DNA of 62,948 bases, the filler included, from Aduncisulcus paluster (lineage: Eukaryota), in assembly GCA_024181965.1 (NCBI GenBank). It is 39 parts of 39 records of this genome, joined end to end, with 100 filler letters (N's around TTAATTAATTAA, not from the genome) between each part and the next. Parts side by side here need not be neighbours in the genome. Positions count along the whole stretch, not along the records: positions 59,278 to 60,311 come from BQXS01002074.1; positions 60,412 to 61,830 come from BQXS01002088.1; positions 61,931 to 62,948 come from BQXS01002099.1; 36 more parts are not named here. The stretch is one strand, 5' to 3'. The notes beneath the pieces were generated by a model that saw nothing but the letters and a program-made list of their open reading frames with translations, was not told where the DNA came from and searched no databases. Numbering within the stretch: the stretch's first letter is position 1; the number at the start of each line of letters is the position of its first letter. Both the position numbers and the translations under genes were made by a program. Shown in pieces: positions 60,037 through 62,948 of this stretch.

Positions 60037-60120
60037 TGTTATTAATCGAGTCAAATTTACTAAATAAACAGAACTCCGAGAGATCTATAAATAGACCATT
60101 GAGAACATTACACTTCCCCC
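60037..60120 (-). mobile_element. Polypurine tract GGGGGAAG (60120-60113) plus 76-bp 3' LTR (TGTAAT...ATAACA)
   Basis: PPT abuts TG; TG..CA ends; clear similarity to the LTR at 50839-50953. Confidence 0.75.
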
Positions 60121-60186
60121 AGATCTTTCGGGTTCTATTGTTGCTACTCCCTTTGGGTATGAGATCAAATGATTAAAATAAAGTTG

Positions 60187-60250
60187 TTCCGGGGTTCGAA
60201 CCCCGCACATGGTATAGTGACCAACATCTACTAACCAGTTGAGCTATATC
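60187..60250 (-). ncRNA. tRNA-derived (SINE-head-like) Pol III module; not a complete tRNA
   Basis: A box TAGCTCAACTGG, B box GGTTCGAACCC in T-arm CGGGG/CCCG, stem TGGT/ACCA; no acceptor stem. Confidence 0.65.
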
Positions 60251-60577
60251 TGTGTCCAAAATATTTTCCAGACTATGCATCAATCTGATTTTCTCGTTCC
60301 CCAATTCTTTANNNNNNNNNNNNNNNNNNNNNNNNNNNNNNNNNNNNNNNNNNNNTTAATTAATTAANNNNNNNNNNNNNNNNNNNNNNNNNNNNNNNNN
60401 NNNNNNNNNNNTTGCAAGGCATCGTCTGTAGCTGGTGCTATTTTAATGAGTAGTTTTTTATTTTTATTTTTGATTTATTTTAATATAGAAATTGTTACTT
60501 GGATTTTTAGATAAGAGTGAAAATGATATTTGTTTAATGTGAGTTAATGTAGTCAATTTAGATAGTTATTATACTAT

Positions 60578-60916
<339 letters not shown>

Positions 60917-60940
60917 TTAGGTTCCCTTATTCTAGTTATA

Positions 60941-61830
60941 TTAAAATGCTCTTTTGAATTCTGGGTAGGCTTCAAGCCCACATTCATTTACATCAAGACC
61001 CTCTTGCTCTTCATCATGATTGATTCTTAGTGGCATAATTTTATTTATAAGGAATAATACTATATAACTACTTATAAAAGCAAATATGGCAATTGTAATT
61101 ACCCCTTGTAATTGTCCTATAAAAGTTATCCCTTCTTCTGGATTACTTGCAAAAATACCAACAGCAAGTGTCCCCCAGATACCATTTACTAGANNNNNNN
61201 NNNNNNNNNNNNNAACTGGATCATCTAATTTGAATTTGTCAAAAACTGGTACAGCAAACACAACTAGTACACCACCAATTGCTCCAATCAAAATAGGCTG
61301 ATAAATATTATATAAATCAGGACCAGCAGTAATAGACACTAGTCCACCTAAAGCACCATTTAGTANNNNNNNNNNNNNNNNNNNNTTAGTACCATAGTGA
61401 TATCAAGCTTTTTATACTTAATGAGCATTAGTGCACCAGCGATAATTGCTCCTGATAATCCTGCCGTATTTGTATTGAGAATAGTGAGTGCCACTAAATC
61501 TGCATTTTCTTTTGAAGTGATAGATCCAACACTTCCTCCATTGAATCCAAACCATCCTATCCAGAGTAAAAAGGCACCTAAAGTTACAAGTGGTATATTT
61601 GATGCAGGTATTACTCTTACTGCACCATTTTTCCCGTATCTATGAACTCTTGGTCCAATAATAAATATAGCTGCTAATAAAGCCCATCCACCTGTAGAAT
61701 GAATTACAGTACTTCCTGCAAGGTCATATATACTAAGGTTAAATATTGTATTTTGTAATAAATTTGAACCCCATGTTATATTTACAACAAGGGGATAAAT
61801 AAATGCTGCCATTATTACAGCAAATATAGT
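60941..61830 (-). CDS. amtB: Ammonium transporter, partial with gaps
   Basis: 'DLAGSTVIHSTGG', 'LWIGWFGFNGGS', 'LDDPV'. Confidence 0.93.
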
Positions 61831-61930
61831 NNNNNNNNNNNNNNNNNNNNNNNNNNNNNNNNNNNNNNNNNNNNTTAATTAATTAANNNNNNNNNNNNNN
61901 NNNNNNNNNNNNNNNNNNNNNNNNNNNNNN

Positions 61931-62057
61931 GCTCGATCGCCCGAACCGTCTTGAAGCGTGTTGACTCTGAACCGAAGCCAGTGCTGAGACCACCAGCACC
62001 GCTGAAAAGATCCAGCACGCGTAGGTCCACGCATGAGGACGTCCCGCTCCCCGCCAT
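61931..62057 (-). CDS. DNA (cytosine-5)-methyltransferase, N-terminus
   Basis: Motif I 'VLDLFSGAGGLSTGF'. Confidence 0.8.
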
Positions 62058-62578
62058 GGTGAACAACTCTAGCCGGCTCCCACGACAATTCACTGACGCT
62101 TCTGTGCGACTCGCTCACCATCCGGCAGTCGCTACCGCGGGAGCTCATGCGCTCGAGCATGTGCGTGAGATGACGGTGAACGGGGGTCGGGTTTAGTTCA
62201 TGGGCCTCGCCGAAGCTGCCGCCTGGGGGCTACCACGGCCCGCTTGTCACTAAATATTTGATCCGAACGTGCTGATCGACTTTCAGCAGCGGGCGCCAAA
62301 TTCTGGACGACGAAGACCTACACATCGCCGACAACTCCGGCAGCCAGTTTTGGGCGCTCGCGACCCGTTTGAGTATTTGGGGTCTGCCACCCTGATGAGT
62401 GCCGTAGTTCGGATCATGCATTCAGCCGCGTGGCCGACGCGATTGTTCGGACAGGCGCCTGGTTATCCACCGCGGAGTGCGTCTGACCAGGGACCGTCCG
62501 CAAGCCGTTTTAGGTGTCCTGAGGATCGATCTTGGAAAGAGGGCTGCCGACCTCTGCCTCGTCGAGGAGACTTGAGCC

Positions 62579-62948
62579 GTGTGGGAAGCGAGCACCGATC
62601 CCCGGACGTCGTTGCGGATGTCCCGCCAACGCTCGCGTGACACGAAATGCGAGTTGTCGCTACGGAGGCTCCTCCACGCACGCGGTCTTCGCTATCGTGT
62701 CCATGCCGTTCTGCCGGGCATGTCTCGCAGGCGCGCCGACATCCTGTTCTCTGGCCAGAAGATCGCCGTGTTCGTCGACGGCTGCTTCTGGCATGGGTGC
62801 CCAGATCACAAAACCTTCCCGAAAAACAACGCGGCGTGGTGGGCCAACAAGCTCACCCGCAATATCGAACGCGACCGGGAAACGGATACACATCTCGCCA
62901 ATCTCGGATGGAGAGTGCTTCGGATCTGGGAGCATGACAATCCGGAGC
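62579..62948 (+). CDS. vsr: Very-short-patch repair endonuclease, 3'-truncated (absent from the ORF track)
   Basis: Hand translation MSRQRSRDT..E..LRRLLHARGLRYR...AVFVDGCFWHGCP...NIERD...GWRVLRIWEH; GAGGAG RBS. Confidence 0.92.
   Translation, partial: MWEASTDPRTSLRMSRQRSRDTKCELSLRRLLHARGLRYRVHAVLPGMSRRRADILFSGQKIAVFVDGCFWHGCPDHKTFPKNNAAWWANKLTRNIERDRETDTHLANLGWRVLRIWEHDNPE

Noticed and set aside
60187..60250. Functional tRNA gene
   Set aside because: No acceptor stem and an irregular anticodon arm; kept only as tRNA-derived

Overview
This window is not a contiguous locus. It is 39 short fragments joined by an artificial spacer (N44-TTAATTAATTAA-N44, 38 copies), some with internal N gaps, so no gene neighbourhood can be inferred across spacers. 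At least five sources are mixed: (1) a divergent microbial eukaryote (SSU/LSU rRNA pieces with long expansions, thioredoxin, a fibre-like repeat protein, Ty3/Gypsy-type LTR retroelements, pseudogenes, an AT-rich repeat; possibly an anaerobic Carpediemonas-like metamonad, which is an inference); (2) an AT-rich Campylobacterota bacterium (Arcobacter/Sulfurimonas-like housekeeping genes, the largest group of fragments); (3) high-GC actinobacterial, probably mycobacterial, DNA (purK-purE-acyl-CoA dehydrogenase, MocR/DMT, an element ATPase, dcm/vsr); (4) a Bradyrhizobium-like fragment; (5) two mid-GC bacterial fragments. The most interesting signals are in the eukaryotic pieces. These are a family of very short related LTRs (76 and 115 bp) inserted into the gag/pro regions of other retroelements, one carrying a tRNA-derived Pol III module just upstream of its polypurine tract; a GC-rich structured-RNA candidate with a box C/D-like kink-turn and oligo-T end; a tail-fibre-like 92-aa repeat protein; and a TYW1/FKBP pseudogene mosaic. 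All calls are by eye, without database searches.
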